Shown here: positions 11,066 to 25,258 of the stretch, one piece after another
How the letters are laid out: each line of letters opens with the position of its first letter
Numbering within the stretch: position 1 is the stretch's first letter
Source of the DNA: Carcharhinus longimanus
Taxonomy: Eukaryota
Length of the DNA: 64,000 nucleotides
Assembly (NCBI GenBank): GCA_030264375.1
Contig: JASCQW010000109.1
Location: 18,043,657 to 18,107,656, forward strand
Direction of reading: 5' to 3'
The notes under the pieces: generated by a model
The model's input: only the letters and a program-made list of their open reading frames with translations
Database searches by the model: none
What the model was told of the DNA's origin: nothing
Position numbers and translations under genes: made by a program

Positions 11066-13653
11066 ATTATCATGGTGTTCATGCTTCAGGATACTATGCA
11101 AGTCAGGCAGGTGGCTGGGACTTGGACAGGAATGTCAGCTCGTGAAGTAAATGCTTCAAGGCTTTTGCATCAGTAGGAATGATGCAGAACCAAGTCTCCA
11201 TGGATCTCAGCATTTGTAGCAACCCAAGAATAAAAATATCAGACAAAAGTGTTGGGGACTGGACAGAGAATAGACCAACCGCAAACAAAACCAATGGCCA
11301 TCCGATGGCCAGGAAATTGATCTTCAAATTCACTCCAATCTTTCTCCAGCATCCACAACCACTGTGCACAGCCACATAACAAACTAGGGAATTGAGCAAG
11401 TGACACCTTCACTATTTTTGCAGCCTGGCCCTGGCATCTTATGTGGATGAGTGGAACAGCAAGACAACAGAACCGACAAAAGAAAAGCAGCATTCACAAA
11501 CAATCCACAGCATTGCATAGTGAATAAGCCCATCCATGGAATTTTAAGATGGACAAATTTGGTTGCATTGCAGAAATATGTTTCTGATATCCTTGCTGAT
11601 TTTAACAACGGAAGAGCAATTGCATATTTACGGTCAGAGGACAAAATTAGAGAATAATTTCATTGTTTGCAGATATTGAAAGGAAACAAACTACGAACCG
11701 CAGGTCGTGTGACACAATATCTGCTTTCTGCATTCTATGCTGTGTCATTTGTGCAGGAACCTTAGCTGATATGCAGGATGCCCACAAGTGGCTCTTTCCA
11801 CAACAGCACTTGCTCTGTCTGACAGCACAGCACTGCTGTCTGAAAATAATTTTCACTCCAAACTATTCTTGACATTTAACTTACAAAGAGAAACAGGTTA
11901 CAATGCATTAAACTGCTTGATCCCTCCAAAGCAATTAACCTCATAAGCTGAGGAGGATAAAATAAGCTAGGATTTCTTCTCATGATGGCTTTCCAGGCAA
12001 TCTTTTTGGAAAGTGGATTCGTGTGAACATCTGACAGAAAACAGGATTGGATTCTTGTGATGCCACCGTGGTTAAAAGGTTCACCAATACTCCACGTATG
12101 AAGACTGACCCCTTTGGGTGAGGTACTGGAGGGTGCTCACTGCCTGTGGAACAATATCCCAGTAAGTTGTTCGTGGCTTCAAGAGAGGAGAGAAGTAAAC
12201 TGGAGGAGATTTGTTTTTGAATACATGCATTTTGACCTGCAGATAGCTAATCCTCATTTAGTCCCATTGACGACAACTACTTAATGATGAATTTGGTTAA
12301 TAAATGTCAGCTAATCTCGACACACCCAAATTGGAAGTGCGCCAGTACCAAACAATCTGAAAGTTGGGGTGGATTGTGATCAATGCAATGGGAAACTATT
12401 GACTGCAGCCATCTTATATTTCAAAGCTTTCAATGACATCTGACATTTTCATGAAAGAATGCAGTATCACTTTATTGAGTCATCCCCACACCCAGTGTTT
12501 TTATGCCATGGTATTAGCAACCAGTCTATGGAAAGTCAATTGCTCTTGTATTACAAAATTTGGGAAGTCAGTCAACGTGTACTAAAAATCAAGTACAGTA
12601 AGCTTGTGATATCTACCACTCTACCAGCCAGAATTTCCAACTAACAGGAATTTCTGATGTTCCCCTAATATGAAACATCTCTTTACCAACCAGAGCAATT
12701 AAAAACTTATCCAGAAATATTAACCGTATCTTGTATTATTTATCAATTCAGGCTGTTATATGCTGCTGATAATTAGAAGTATGAAGAATACTGTTCTTTA
12801 CTCCCTAAGTGCATGCAGATTAGATCGTGCTACAAGTATTGCACTGTATTCCATTGGTAAATGAAACACTTAACAGGTGTTATTAACTGGCATGAGCCAA
12901 TCCCTGTGCATGACGGATAATGACGATTTTACTGTTTCAACTTAGCTCAGCTAGTACTGCTCCTATGTGTACATGGATTAGAGCATATAAATTCAGTTGA
13001 TGCTTCATTATTGAACACTACTGGAGGAGTGTTTCATTTCCGAAGATGCCACTTTTTGAACATCTTAATTAAGTCCTTGTCTGTCTGTTCTTTCTGCTGA
13101 TTCAGAAGATGGAGGATCCTATGGCAGTGCTGAACATGGGTTAAGATTTCTTCCTGGTGAACATTCCTCCCTCAATCAACAGCTCTGGCTATTCACTTTT
13201 GTTAATACTCACTGCAATTCAGGACGTTAACCACTTTTTAGTTGCACGAAAGAGAAAAAAAAGCATTATACAAATTCAAATGATTCAATGGCATTAGTGG
13301 GCAAATGCATCACTTGGTGCTGGGGCATAGAAAGCAGATGATCTAGGTTCTATATTTGCTCAAATGTTTGGGTGCTACAATTGAATCCAACACTGCACAG
13401 CTGAGGGAACAGTGGAGTTTAAGGTTCACACTAGGCGATCAAGAACAGGCAAGGTTAATATTGAAACACTTTTTGACTGACTAAACCATCCCCACCTTAG
13501 CTTTCCTGGACAGGCAGTGCAGAATTTTACTCTTCTGAAATGCCTTGTTCTGGATGTAAATGCTATTCAATTCCACAGTGCTGCTCTGCCTTTAGCACAA
13601 AAATGCATCAAGAATAAATAAAATGGCCATTATTTAGCTTTTACATATTTATC

Positions 13654-15400
13654 ATGTTTTTGTACTTTGCTTCAGTCTTCACAAAGGAAGTGCTGAAAGA
13701 AACATGTTTTAGTGAGGAGCTGAAGGAAATCAACATTAGTAGAGAAACGGTTTTGGGGAAATTGATGGGATTGAAGGTGGATAAATGTCCAAGTCCTCAT
13801 AATCTTAATCCCACGGTACTTAAGGAACTGGCCCTGGAAATAGTAAATACACTGATGGTTATTTTCCAAAATTCTTTGGACTCTGGAATAGTTCCTACAG
13901 ATTGGAGGGTAGCTAATGTAAACCTGCTATTCAAAGGGAGATAGAGAGAAAACATAGAACTGTAGACCAGTGAGCCTAATGTCGTTAGTGGGTGAGTTGT
14001 TACTATTGAGGATTTCATACTCAGCATTTGGAAGGCAGTATATAATCAAAGACAACATGGATTTACAAAAGGGAAATCATACTTGACAAATCTATTGGAA
14101 CTCTTTGACGATTTAACCAGTTGATTTGACAGAGGAAAATGAGTGGATATGGTTTATNNNNNNNNNNNNNNNNNNNNNNNNNNNNNNNNNNNNNNNNNNN
14201 NNNNNNNNNNNNNNNNNNNNNNNNNNNNNNNNNNNNNNNNNNNNNNNNNNNNNNNNNAAATGAGTGGATATGGTTTATTTAAACTTTCAGAAGGCTTCTG
14301 ATAAGATTTCACATAACAGACTACTATGTAAAGTTAAGACACATGGCATTGCAGGTAATGTCTTGTTATGGATAGAAGGCTGGTTAGCACATAGGAAGCA
14401 AAGAGTTGGCATAAATGGATCTTCTTCTGATTGCCAGTCAGTGGCTAGTGAGATTTTGCAGGGATCTGTACGAGGACTATTAATGATCTGGAAGAAGGGG
14501 CTGAATGTATTATCTCCAAATTTGCAGATGATAAAAAAGTTGGATGGGAGGGTGAGCTGTGAGGAAGATGCAGAGATATTTCAGAGATGTTTCAGTGAGA
14601 TTATGCACTTTGGTAGGAATAACAGGAAGATTATTACTTGAATGGGTATAAATTGAGAGAGGTGGATACTCAGTGAGGCTTTGGCATCCTTGTGCATCAG
14701 TCGCTGAAAGTAAGAACGCAGCTACAGCAGGCAGTAAAGGCAGCAAATGGCATGTTGGCCTTCATAGTGAGAGGATTTGAAGATTGGGATAGAAATGTTT
14801 TGCTGCAATCGTACAGAGCGTTGGTGAGATCATATCTGGAGTATTGCGTGCAGTTTTGTTGTCCTTATCAGAGGATGGATGCCCTTGCTATAGAGGGAAT
14901 ACAGCAAAGGTTTCAGGCTGATTCCTGGGATGGCACGTCTATCATATGGGGAGAGACTAAATTGGTTAGGATTATATTCACTGGAGTTAAGACAGAGGGG
15001 AATCTCATACAAACTTATAACAGGGTTAGATAGGGTAGTTTCAGAAAGAATAATCCCAATGGTAAAGGGGTCCAGAACTAGGAGTGATAGTTTGAGGATA
15101 AGGGATAAACCTTTTACAACTGAGGCAAGAAGAAATTTCTTCATCCAGAGAGTGAATATGTGGAATTCGCTACCACAGAATGCAGTTGAGGCTAAAACGT
15201 CATCTGATTTCAAAAAAAAAATTAGATATTGCTCTAGGGGCTAAAGGGATCAAGGTTTATGGGAGGAAAGGGTGGGGGAGGCAGGGGAAGGAAAAAAAAA
15301 ATCAGGATATTGAATTCAATAGTCAGCCATGATCATGATGAAAGGCAGAACAAGCTCAAAGGACCGAATGGCTTCCTCCTGCTTCTAGTTTCTATGTTTC
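13654..15400 (+). mobile_element. CR1-clade LINE (HER1-like), 5'-truncated ORF2 and 3' UTR
   Basis: YFASVFTKE...KCPSPHNLNPTVLKELA...VPTDWRVANV; DMVYLNFQKASDKISHNRLL; ALVRSYLEYCVQF; RNFFIQRVNMWNSLPQ; tail ccgaatggcttcctcctgcttctagtttctatg. Confidence 0.92.
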
Positions 15401-16261
15401 AGGTTGTAAGGACAAACTTCAACTGCTTTCTCTTGTTGCTTGAATTGAATTCAGCTTGAATATTGTAATACACAAGTTATAAACTACAAGCGATAGGTGC
15501 TGGCAAGATGTTGAATTCAGTGAAGTGTAGACTGCTATTTTGAAAGATTAGAGAATATGCACATGTAATTTTTTATAAAATTAGCTATTAACATCAGCAC
15601 TCATAACTCCTCTCAAGCAGAGATCAGGTTCTGCTGTATTTTTTTTTTAAAAAGACTTCATTAGGTCCAGTTCTCCAAGTTCAGTTTCAACAACAGCACC
15701 AAAGTTTGAGACTGAAATTAGATGAGAATTTCTTACATCATAAAACTTCTGTGAACAGTGCAGCCAGATAACTGGAATTTTGTATAGTTGCCAGTGGAAA
15801 CTAGAAGCCTAGTCAATGCTTCACTCTGGATTCTTTGGTCACCCTTTTGTTAATTGCAAGATTTGACAAATCATTTTTATTTATGTTCAACTTCATAAAG
15901 AGCTCCAGCTGAGATGCTGTGAGCTATAGGTTTCACTTGCTGTGTTGTGCATGCCAGTGATTGTCTTGTGTGTGTGCCATTTTTCCCTTCTATCTTCTCC
16001 TGGTGAGTGAGAGCACTCATCTGTGCAGAGTGTTTCTTGTGGCTTGATTTATCATTCCAAAGCTCCCCATCCTATTGTGATTGATTTGAAAGCCACGTCT
16101 GAACTTGATGCTCTAGTCTGCATACTTGCTTTTTCCAGTGATCTGAAGATAGTTTGTTTTTGTTTAACAATTATATAGGGAGCAAACCATTCAGTCCTTC
16201 AAGCCTCTTCACTCATTCAATTAGATGAATTAACTGACCTCAAGGCCCAGCAAAGTCTACA

Positions 16262-16645
16262 TTTTAAAATTTTCATCCTTATTTAGATTTTTCCATGGCC
16301 TCACCCCTCCCTATACCCCTAACCACCTCCTGCCCTACAGCCCTCAGATCTCTGCACTCTTCAAATTCTACCCTTCTGCACATTCCCTGATTTCATCGCT
16401 CCACCACTGACAGCCTTGACTTCAGCTGCCCAGGCCACAAGTCCTGGAATCTCTTCCCAAAGTCCACTTCTCTCGCACCAGTTTTAAGACTGCCCTTTAA
16501 AACTTTGGCTCAGACCAAGCTTTTGGTTATCAGTCCAAATACTTCCTTACATGTCTCCCTGCCAAATTGTGAGATAACTCACCTATGAAACACCTTTGAA
16601 CATTTTACTATGTTGAAAGATGCTTTCTAAATGCCAATTGTTGTT
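16262..16645 (+). mobile_element. L2-type LINE 3' end
   Basis: Similar to the 500-1525 host sequence and ends aaatgccaattgttgtt. Confidence 0.7.
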
Positions 16646-16744
16646 TGATCTTTGACCCACTCCCCTCCAAACCCTTACCTAACAAAAATCTCAGTTACCA
16701 TTCAATGAGATCATAGCTGATCTGTAACTCAACTTCATACATCA

Positions 16745-16910
16745 AACTTCTGAATGGACCTAGGTTGTGGATCCTTCTCCACGCCCTGGCTATAACTGTA
16801 ACTGCACTCTCTCATTTCCTTCTCTAGGAACAGTATGCTTCGTCTGCATAGCATGTAAGCAACTATACTTTTCACTGTATACTAATACATGACAATAGTA
16901 AATCAAGCCA
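16745..16910 (+). mobile_element. Rex1/Babar LINE 3' UTR fragment
   Basis: Similar to 26455-26640 (atcaaacttctgaatggacct...ttttcactgta...aaatcaa). Confidence 0.65.
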
Positions 16911-16919
16911 AAATGCCTA

Positions 16920-17740
16920 TCTTTGCTCAATATTCCTTAGCCATTGGTAGAAAGAAATGCACTCATTTCGGATTTAAAACTAATGATCGACCATGTATCC
17001 ACTATCATTTGCAGAAGTGTTCCAAACTATGTACAAGTGTTTCCTAAATTTACTTCTGAAAGGCTTGGATCCAATTTATTAAGCAGTGCCCCTTGCTCCT
17101 CGATTCCCCAAACAGCAAAAATAATTTTGATCCCTCAATATCTTGAAAAGTTTGATCAAATAATCCCAGAACCTTTGAAATTCCAGTGAATACAACCCGA
17201 GCTAATGTAATCTAGATACAAATCTATATTGCACTACTTCCAAGACCAATAAATCCTTCCTAAGGTATGGTGCCCAGAACTTCAGGTATTGTTCAACCAG
17301 GACTTTCTACAACTAAAGGATGACTTCAATGCCCTTGGATCCCAGATATACAAAGGCCAGAATTTCATTAGAGCTTTTGATGAATTTCTGTACGCACTCA
17401 TGACATTTTAAATATCTACGTAGCTGGAAGTCACTCTTGGAGCTCAACTGTTTGTTTTACACCATTTCGAAACTACTCTGATCTTTCTATTTTAGGCCTG
17501 AAGTGGTGATCTCACACTTGTCCAAAGTGAAATCCATTTGCTACAATTATAATTACTTAATTTATTAATAGATTTAAGCTTCCACCTACACAGCCTACAA
17601 TATTGACCATCTTTTCATCATCAGGAAACTTGGATATGTAACTCAATTCCATAATTTAAGTTGTCAGTAAATATATTAAATGGTTGAGGTTTCAAAACAA
17701 TTCCCTATGGGATGTCACTAATCAAATCCTACCAATCAAG
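16920..17740 (-). mobile_element. Old CR1-clade LINE fragment
   Basis: Colinear similarity to 26900-27780 (caagaccaataaatccttcctaagg, gtgaaatccatttgc). Confidence 0.65.
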
Positions 17741-17744
17741 TATA

Positions 17745-18680
17745 AATAAGAAACAGGAATGGTAGTTCATACAGCCCAATGAGCCTGCTCTCCCATTAGC
17801 AAGATCATGGCTATATTTTTACATTAACTTCACTTTCCCATCCAATCTCCACATCCCTCAATTCACTTAGTGCCATAAAAGCAATTGATCTTAGCCTTGG
17901 GTGGCACAATGGTTAGCACTGCTGCCTCTCAGCGTCAGGGGCCCAGGTTCAATTCGGCCTCGAGTCATTGTCTGGGTGGAGTTTACACATTCTCCCCATG
18001 TCTGCATGGGTTTCCTGTGGTTTCCTCCCACAGTCCAAAGATGTGCGAGTTAGGCTGATTGGCCATTCTACATTGCCCCTTAGTGTCAGGGGATTAGCAG
18101 TGTAAACATGTGGGGTTACAGGAATAGGGCCTGGGTGAGATTGTGGGGTCGGTGCAGACTTGATGGACTGAATGGCCCCCCATCAGCACTGTAGGGCTTC
18201 TATGATTCTCTATACTTATTGAGAGCTCCCTGAGAGTGGAAAATTTCAAAGATTAACAAACCTTAGTGATGAAATTTTTCCTCATCTGAATCCTAAAAAT
18301 GGCAAAGTATTTTTTAATTCTGAGATGATTATCCCTAATTCCATACTCTGCAGTAAGGGGAAAACAGCCCCTCATCATCAACCCTGTCAATTCTCAGAAT
18401 TTTACATGTTTCAAGAGATTGCTCCTCAGTCTAAGATGGAGAGGATAATTGCCCTGGAAAACTACCCTGGACAGCCATCTGATCCCAAGAATCAAGATGG
18501 CGAATCCTTCCTTAGGTCAGGCAAACTAAACTGTACACAATATCTGCAAGTGCGCTCTCACCGAAGTCCTATACAATTGTGCAGACCTTCCTTAACGTCA
18601 TACTCACAATTCCCTTGCAATAAAAGACCTTTACCTTCCCAAGTGCTTATGACACCTGCATGCTAACTTCAGGCAATCTA
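17745..18680 (-). mobile_element. CR1 3' fragment, split by an HE1 SINE
   Basis: Reverse CR1 tail (gagcctgctctcccattagcaagatcatggct) and ccttccttagg...aaactgtacacaatat. Confidence 0.6.
17899..18209 (+). mobile_element. HE1/V-SINE-type SINE
   Basis: gggtggcacaatggttagcactgctgcctc...tttcctcccacagtccaaagatgtgc...ctgtagggcttctatg. Confidence 0.88.
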
Positions 18681-18884
18681 TGTACAAACTCCTCTGAAAG
18701 GCAATTGGAGGTCGTGGCAAGACGCACACCAACTCTGCCCATTACATTTATTTGGTCTCCTGCTACTTCACAAATCATCTAACTAGGTCAATAATATGCC
18801 TTCAATATGTGCTTCAACTTTAGACCTTCTGAGGTATTTTATCAAAAGTGTTCTGGTTGCCCATGTAAATAACATTCATAGATA

Positions 18885-19150
18885 TTCTACTGTGTCCAAC
18901 ACCTCTGGATAGGCTGTGAGTGGGCGAGGACCTGGCAGATGGAGTATAATGTTAGCAAATGTGAGGTTATCCACTTTGGTAGAAATAATAGTNNNNNNNN
19001 NNNNNNNNNNNNNNNNNNNNNNNNNNNNNNNNNNNNNNNNNNNNNNNNNNNNNNNNNNNNNNNNNNNNNNNNNNNNNNNNNNNNNNNNNNNNTCCACTTC
19101 AGATCAGCCATGATCTTATTGAATGGCGGGGCAGGCTCGAAGGCCTACTC
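18885..19150 (+). mobile_element. CR1 LINE 3' part spanning an N-gap
   Basis: WQMEYNVSKCEVIHFGRNN before the gap and a CR1 tail (gatcagccatgatcttattgaatggcggggcaggctcgaaggcctactcctgctcctatttc) after it. Confidence 0.8.
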
Positions 19151-20714
19151 CTGCTCCTATTTCTTATGTACCTCAGTCCCTTTCAAAAGGTCTGATCCAT
19201 GCTTTACAAAGCTACACTGGCTCTCTCTAATCAGCTGAAAACTCAATGTGTCAGGCTTAATTATAGAAGCTACTAACTTTCCAATAACTGATACAACATT
19301 ACACTAACCAATCTGGAATTCTTTGTTTCCTTCTTTCAGCTTTCTTAACTGGTGCAATTTTCTAATCTAAAGGAACATTTCCAGAATTCAGAGAATTTTG
19401 GAGGATTAGGGAATCTGTAATGTTTGCACCCACTTCCTTCAAAATCCTGAGATGGCCCTGGGAATTTGGGACTCCTCAATTGGTATTATTTTCTCCATTA
19501 TTGGTTAATTGACATACCTTAATTCTGGTGGGACCCTGTCCCTCATTCTATATTAGCTTCCCTGAAGAAGCAATGTATTCATTTCTAGATCTGATATATT
19601 ATTTCAAAAGACAGTAAAATATAAAATTGCTCTTGCATAGGTTCAGGTTTCACTGCTGGCCTCTTTTTGGGTGCAAACAATTGCATTTCCTGCTCAAGAA
19701 GAAAAATCATTCAGGTTCCCATTCCTGATCATTATTTTGCTGTGAGTCAAATTCTTCTGTGATGACCCTTTCTAAATCAGTCCTGCAAACTCAGGTTACC
19801 CAGCACTCACGCAGCACAATTCACTGTGCACAAAGACAAGGGATGAAGATGGTGGGTGGAGGGTGGGTGTCCACTTCCTCCAGAGTGCAAGAGTTGCTGC
19901 TTTCATAAAAGGGAAAAAATAATCAGAAAATAATTAGGGTGTTCTCCATCACCCACGTCCTCCAATCATTTTATGTACCTCCAACAGTCATTTCCAAAGC
20001 TCTGATTAGCTTGATCAACATTGCTGACTATTCAAGGGAAAAGGCAGGTGCTGATTTATATGAAGAAAGCTTAAATCTATTTGCTTTTAGCACAATTTCC
20101 TGAGAAGTTTTATCAAAAGTTTGACTTTATACTTTCACTTTTATACTGAGCAAAGGTTGTAGTGAAATGTGATCCAACCCAGATGCATAGTTTGTTTTCA
20201 TTTGTGACGTGTCATACTGGAAGCTTTGATTAGTTGAAAAGCAGAATTTGCTAAATCTGGCTGTTTGAGCTGTTCACTTTTTAAAAATACTATATATAAA
20301 GTGGAATATTGTTTGGGTTTGTATCCCATTAAAACCTAGTCCCTGCCATTTCCACCACCCAACCCATACACATTTANNNNNNNNNNNNNNNNNNNNNNNN
20401 NNNNNNNNNNNNNNNNNNNNNNNNNNNNNNNNNNNNNNNNNNNNNNNNNNNNNNNNNNNNNNNNNNNNNNNNNNNNAACCCATACACATTTATTGTACTG
20501 CAATTCCAGCCAGCTCCTCGAGAAGCCAAAGTTCTGAGCGCTGGGGACTATTTCAGAACAAAACACACTGACCTATTCCCAAGTGAGCCAGGCTGATTAG
20601 CTTTCACAGTTGGGGGGCGTTGATTGCCTATTTTTGTTGGAGGGAGGTGGGGAAGAGATGGAAATTACAGATCGCTTTGTCTGTCCTGGTGGTCTGTAAG
20701 GCTTTGAAGTTTTG

Positions 20715-20935
20715 GCTTAGTGGTAGCACTACGGCTCTGAGTGCATGTCTCAGTCAGATACTTGACAACACAACCTAGATTTCTACAGATCAGTATCAGG
20801 TTGCTGTTTGTGGAACCTTGCTATGTGCAAACTGGATGCCACATTTCCTACATCACAATAGCAGCTACACTTAAAGTGCTGCAAAATGCTTTGGGACGTC
20901 TTGAAGTTGTGTAAAGGTCCTTTATAAGTTCATGC
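20715..20935 (+). mobile_element. Deu-domain SINE fragment
   Basis: ggtagcact...ctctgagt; ttgctgtttgtggaaccttgctatgtgcaaactggatgccacatttcctacat...gctttgggacgtc. Confidence 0.55.
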
Positions 20936-21149
20936 TTACGGTTTCTTCTTGGTTTACGCAGTGTTCAGGAGATAGATAGGCAAGAATAGATGTATTACCT
21001 CTTTTTATACTTGGACAGGATAGCAGAAACCTGGCAAATAATTTTCATTCAATTCAGCAGGAAAGAAATGACTTATGAAGGCAGATAGCCAAGCCATCTT
21101 ATTGTATTCCTGCTAGCTGCATGGCTAATATAGTTCAATACAAGTTAAA

Positions 21150-21390
21150 GGGCCAATGAGCCTCACAGGCTAATCATGTGTCAAGGCTGGCTTGTGATGC
21201 AGAACGATGCCAACAGCATGAGCTCAATTCCCATACCAGCCAAGGTTATTCATGAAGGTCCAGCCTTCTCAACCTTTCCCCTCAGTTGAGGTGTAATGAT
21301 CCTCAGGTTAAATCAGTCAGATCACCAGTCAGATATCACCATCAAAGGGGAGAACAACCAATGGTTACTTGGGACTTTGGTGACTTTACA
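21150..21390 (+). mobile_element. tRNA-derived SINE-like repeat, family not assigned
   Basis: gcttgtgatgcagaacgatgccaacagcatgagctcaattccc head and tcctcaggttaaa...tcaaaggggaga body. Recalled similarity only. Confidence 0.4.
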
Positions 21391-23654
21391 TATGACATCA
21401 CAAAATGTCTGACACGATTGAGTCTACTGAAAGTACCACTCCTTCCCCATCTATTTGTAGAGTATTCTGCTTGAATTGCAGCTAACCTGTTCTGCAGGTT
21501 TCCCTAATCTATGAATGGCAGACCTTGCATTTAGTGTCATTGGGAATTCAATGTCAAAATGCATGTCAATACTTCAAGGACCACTTTCTCATTACGAGCC
21601 ATCCTAACCAATAAAGCTAAGTGTGTACAACGGCAAGATCAAGTCAACATTTTACAGATCTACAGCAAGAGTATAGTAATCATCATTCACCCATTCAGAA
21701 AAAGTAGAGTAAAGGTGTGCTAACTATTCTTTGAACTTTCCCCGTGTGTGCATTTGCTATTATAAATACACGTTTGCAAGTTTATTACCTTCCACAAAGT
21801 TAGGGATTTCAATTCTTCCAGTTTGCATTCATTTCCATAGATAATGCTTGTGATTTTATCGATTTTTACATTGAAATTGATTATTCAGGTTTTTTCACTA
21901 TAACTCAGCAGGGTGATAGTGGAATGATTTCCCAGTTCCTCAATAAGAGCTTCAACAAAAGTAGGGGCAATCCCTTTCTCTTTAGATGATAAAAAAATCC
22001 TACCTACCCAACTTCTCCTTAACATTATTCGACACAGTGACAGACCCTCAATTTTAAACACCAATGCCTCCATCATCTGAAACTAAATTCACTTGCTCCA
22101 AAGACGGGAAGTCACAAGCTACCTTCTTACATACGAGTCTGTAGCACACAGATTAATCAGATAAACACAGACCAGTACTTGGATCAGCATAAATGTTGGA
22201 ACGCAGCAAAGCTTGTTTGGCATTCTCTGGCTTGTTGTGCACTGAGGGATGGGGGAAGAGAAGAATGTAGCAGTAAATCAGCATTTCACAAGTAATCAGA
22301 GGCATTTGCTGAAAAGAATCCATTGCTTGTTTTCTCAAATACAAGTCAAGAAAATCTTAATTAACAAAACTATCTGTGCCTTCCAAATGGCTTAGTTGAT
22401 GATGGCTTCCAGATACAACAACCAGCTGACTAAAACAAAAAAACAGGGGTTACTGATTCTTGCCCTTCCTGTCCTGTCCCAGATGTGCTGAGCCTAGTTG
22501 TAATGCATATATCAGTTGCCCAGCTAATATCAAAGGAAAGCCAGTGTTTTAGTTTCCAATGTGTGCAGAATTAACCGTCTTAGTTGGCCTACCGGTATTT
22601 ATATTACAATTGGTCCCAGTACATCCAGGACAAGATGGGAAAGATGAGGATCAGTAACCCTTGCTTTTTTATGTCAGTCAGTTACTAGGTATTTCTGGAA
22701 GCCGTTACCATTCCTAATTGTTTCTCATCTAAGTTAGTGAGAAATTCATATAATTGTAGCTTCTGGCCTTCTCATGAGGAATACACTCTCTCACCATTGC
22801 CACACAGATAAGTCCAGAAAATAGGTGCAGTCAGGCTGGCAAGAACCAAGAAATGAGGGCGCAACATGTCCAGCTGAAACTGGGGTACTGAAGCTTGCGA
22901 TAGCTTATTAGGCTGGTTTGACACTGAAGGTTAGGATTTTGGCTTGTAGAGTTATCTGAAACAAAGAAACTTTCCCCTACTTATCTTCATCAACCTTCAT
23001 CCTTCCACAAACCACTGGAATCATTAATTGGTCAACAGACAACTGAACAATGGGTCTGCATCCTGACCAAGCAGACAGTAGCTATGAGCAACCTTGTCAT
23101 GCAGTATGCATGACTCAGCTTAAGGTGTACACAAATATATTGCCATCAGTAACTAACTACATTGGTGACACAAACTATACTCTAGTTGGAATTGTATGAC
23201 AATTTATTTACATTGTCCAGAGATGAAATAATGCTTTTCAGTATCGCCTATCTACAGCTTTAGAGTTTTCTCATCATCTACATCCAGGTCAGTTGAACAG
23301 TGAAGTATGCCAGACTCAAACTCAGAAGCACTCTCTAATACACTATGCAATTTTCCATTTCCCAAATTGCCAAGTTTCCTCACGGAGATTGCAAGCGCAG
23401 CAAACCAGGAACAGTTTTGCACTGAAATATCATGTCTACAAGGACCAGATTAAAACATTGGATCCTCACAGCTTGGCAGATAAACAAGACTGACTCTATC
23501 GAAATTTAGCTGATTAGAAAGGTCACTCTCCAACCCTGTGCACTGTCCAGCAATGCCCCTCCTGCAACCTGCAAGAACCACCTCCAATTCATCTCCCTTT
23601 CATTGATGGGCTCAGTAACTATTTCCTATCTGATATTCCATTACCATCAAGAAG

Positions 23655-25103
23655 ATGACAATGCCTACACATGCCTACTGCTCTATCGCCTGCCCACTCT
23701 TTGGCAAATCAGACCACAAGGTTCTGTTCCTGCTTTCAGCTTATAAACAAAAACTGAAACAGGAGAATCCATCAAAGAAAGTCATGCAATGTTGGTCTGA
23801 GGAATCGGATGATCTCTTACGGAATTGCTTGGAGTCAGTGGACTGGTCAGTATTTAAAAACTCTGCAACCAGCCTGAACGAGTATGCCACTACAGTAACT
23901 GACTATTAGTAACTGTGTAGAAGACTGTGTGCCAAAGAAGTAAATCTGTGTGTTTCCCAACCAGAAATAATGGATGAACAGGGATATTCACTCCTTGCTG
24001 AAGTCTAGGTCTGAGGCATTCAAGTCAGGCACCGCTGACCTGTACAGATACGATCTAAGGAGATCCATCAAAGATGCCAAAAGACAGTATCAGACCAAGC
24101 TAGAGTCCCAGGCTAGCCACACAGACCCCCGATGATTATGGCAAGGTCTGCAAGGCAAAATAGGTGACAAGGTAAAGACAGATAAAATCGCCAGCTCTTA
24201 CGCCCTCCTCCTGAGGAGCTCAGTGCATCTGACACCCGTTTTGAGCAAGAGGTTAGCGATAGCATGCCCTCTGCACTGGAAACCTTGAATGAACCTGTAT
24301 CTGAGGCCACCACTGCAGATGTCAGAGCAGCTTTTTCAAAGGTCGAGCAGTGGCTTGGATGGGGTACCTGGGCAAGCACTCAGATCAGCTGACGGGGGTA
24401 TTCGCTGACATCTTCAACCGCTCTTCACAATAAGTTGAGGTTCCTATCTACTTCAAGAAAACAACCATCATCCCAGTACCAAAGAAAAGCCAAGCAGCGT
24501 GCCTTAATGACTATCATCCAGTGGCTCTGACATCCATCATTATGAAGGATTTTGAAAGGCTAGTCGTGGCACGAATCAATTCCAGCTCGGATCCACTATA
24601 GCTCACCTACCACCACAACAGGTCCACAGCAGACGCCACTTCCCTGGCTCTGCTCAGAAGCCTGGAACACCTAGGTAACAAAGACACCTATCTCAGACTC
24701 CTAGTTATTGACTATCACTCAGCCTTCAACACCATTATTCCTATGAAACTCATCTCCAAACTCCATTGCCTGGGCCTCAGCTCCTCCCTCTGCGACTGGA
24801 TCCTGAACTTCCTAACCCACAGACCACAATCAGTAAGGATAGGCAACAACATGTCCTGTATGATCATCCTCAAGGCTGTGTTCTCAGCCCCTCACTATAC
24901 TCCTTACATATCTATGACTGCATGGCCAAATTTTCTCAATTTTCAAGTTTGCTGACGACACCACCATAATGGGTCAGATCTCAAATAATGATGAGACAGA
25001 GTACAGAAATGAGATAGAGAATCTGGTGAACTGGTGTGATGACAATAATCTCTCCCTCAATGTCAACAAAAGGCAGGAGATTGTCATCGACTTCAGGAAG
25101 TGG
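23655..25103 (+). mobile_element. Rex1/Babar-clade LINE, decayed ORF
   Basis: PLFGKSDHKVLFLLSAYKQKLK...CLESVDWSVFK; IIPVPKK...[16 protein letters not shown]; [20 protein letters not shown]; KFADDTT; WCDDNNLSLNVNK..EIVIDFRK. Confidence 0.88.
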
Positions 25104-25182
25104 NNNNNNNNNNNNNNNNNNNNNNNNNNNNNNNNNNNNNNNNNNNNNNNNNNNNNNNNNNNNNNNNNNNNNNNNNNNNNNN

Positions 25183-25258
25183 ATTGAATGGCGGGGCAGG
25201 CTCGAAGGGCCAGATGGCCTACTCCTGCTCCTATTTCTTATGTTCTTATGTTCTTATG
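25183..25258 (+). mobile_element. CR1 3' tail with (ttcttatg)n end
   Basis: attgaatggcggggcaggctcgaagggccagatggcctactcctgctcctatttcttatgttcttatgttcttatg. Confidence 0.8.

Noticed and set aside
11100-11900. Cluster of short ORFs on both strands next to the Gypsy LTR
   Set aside because: Probably a very old LINE remnant. No motif could be identified with confidence.
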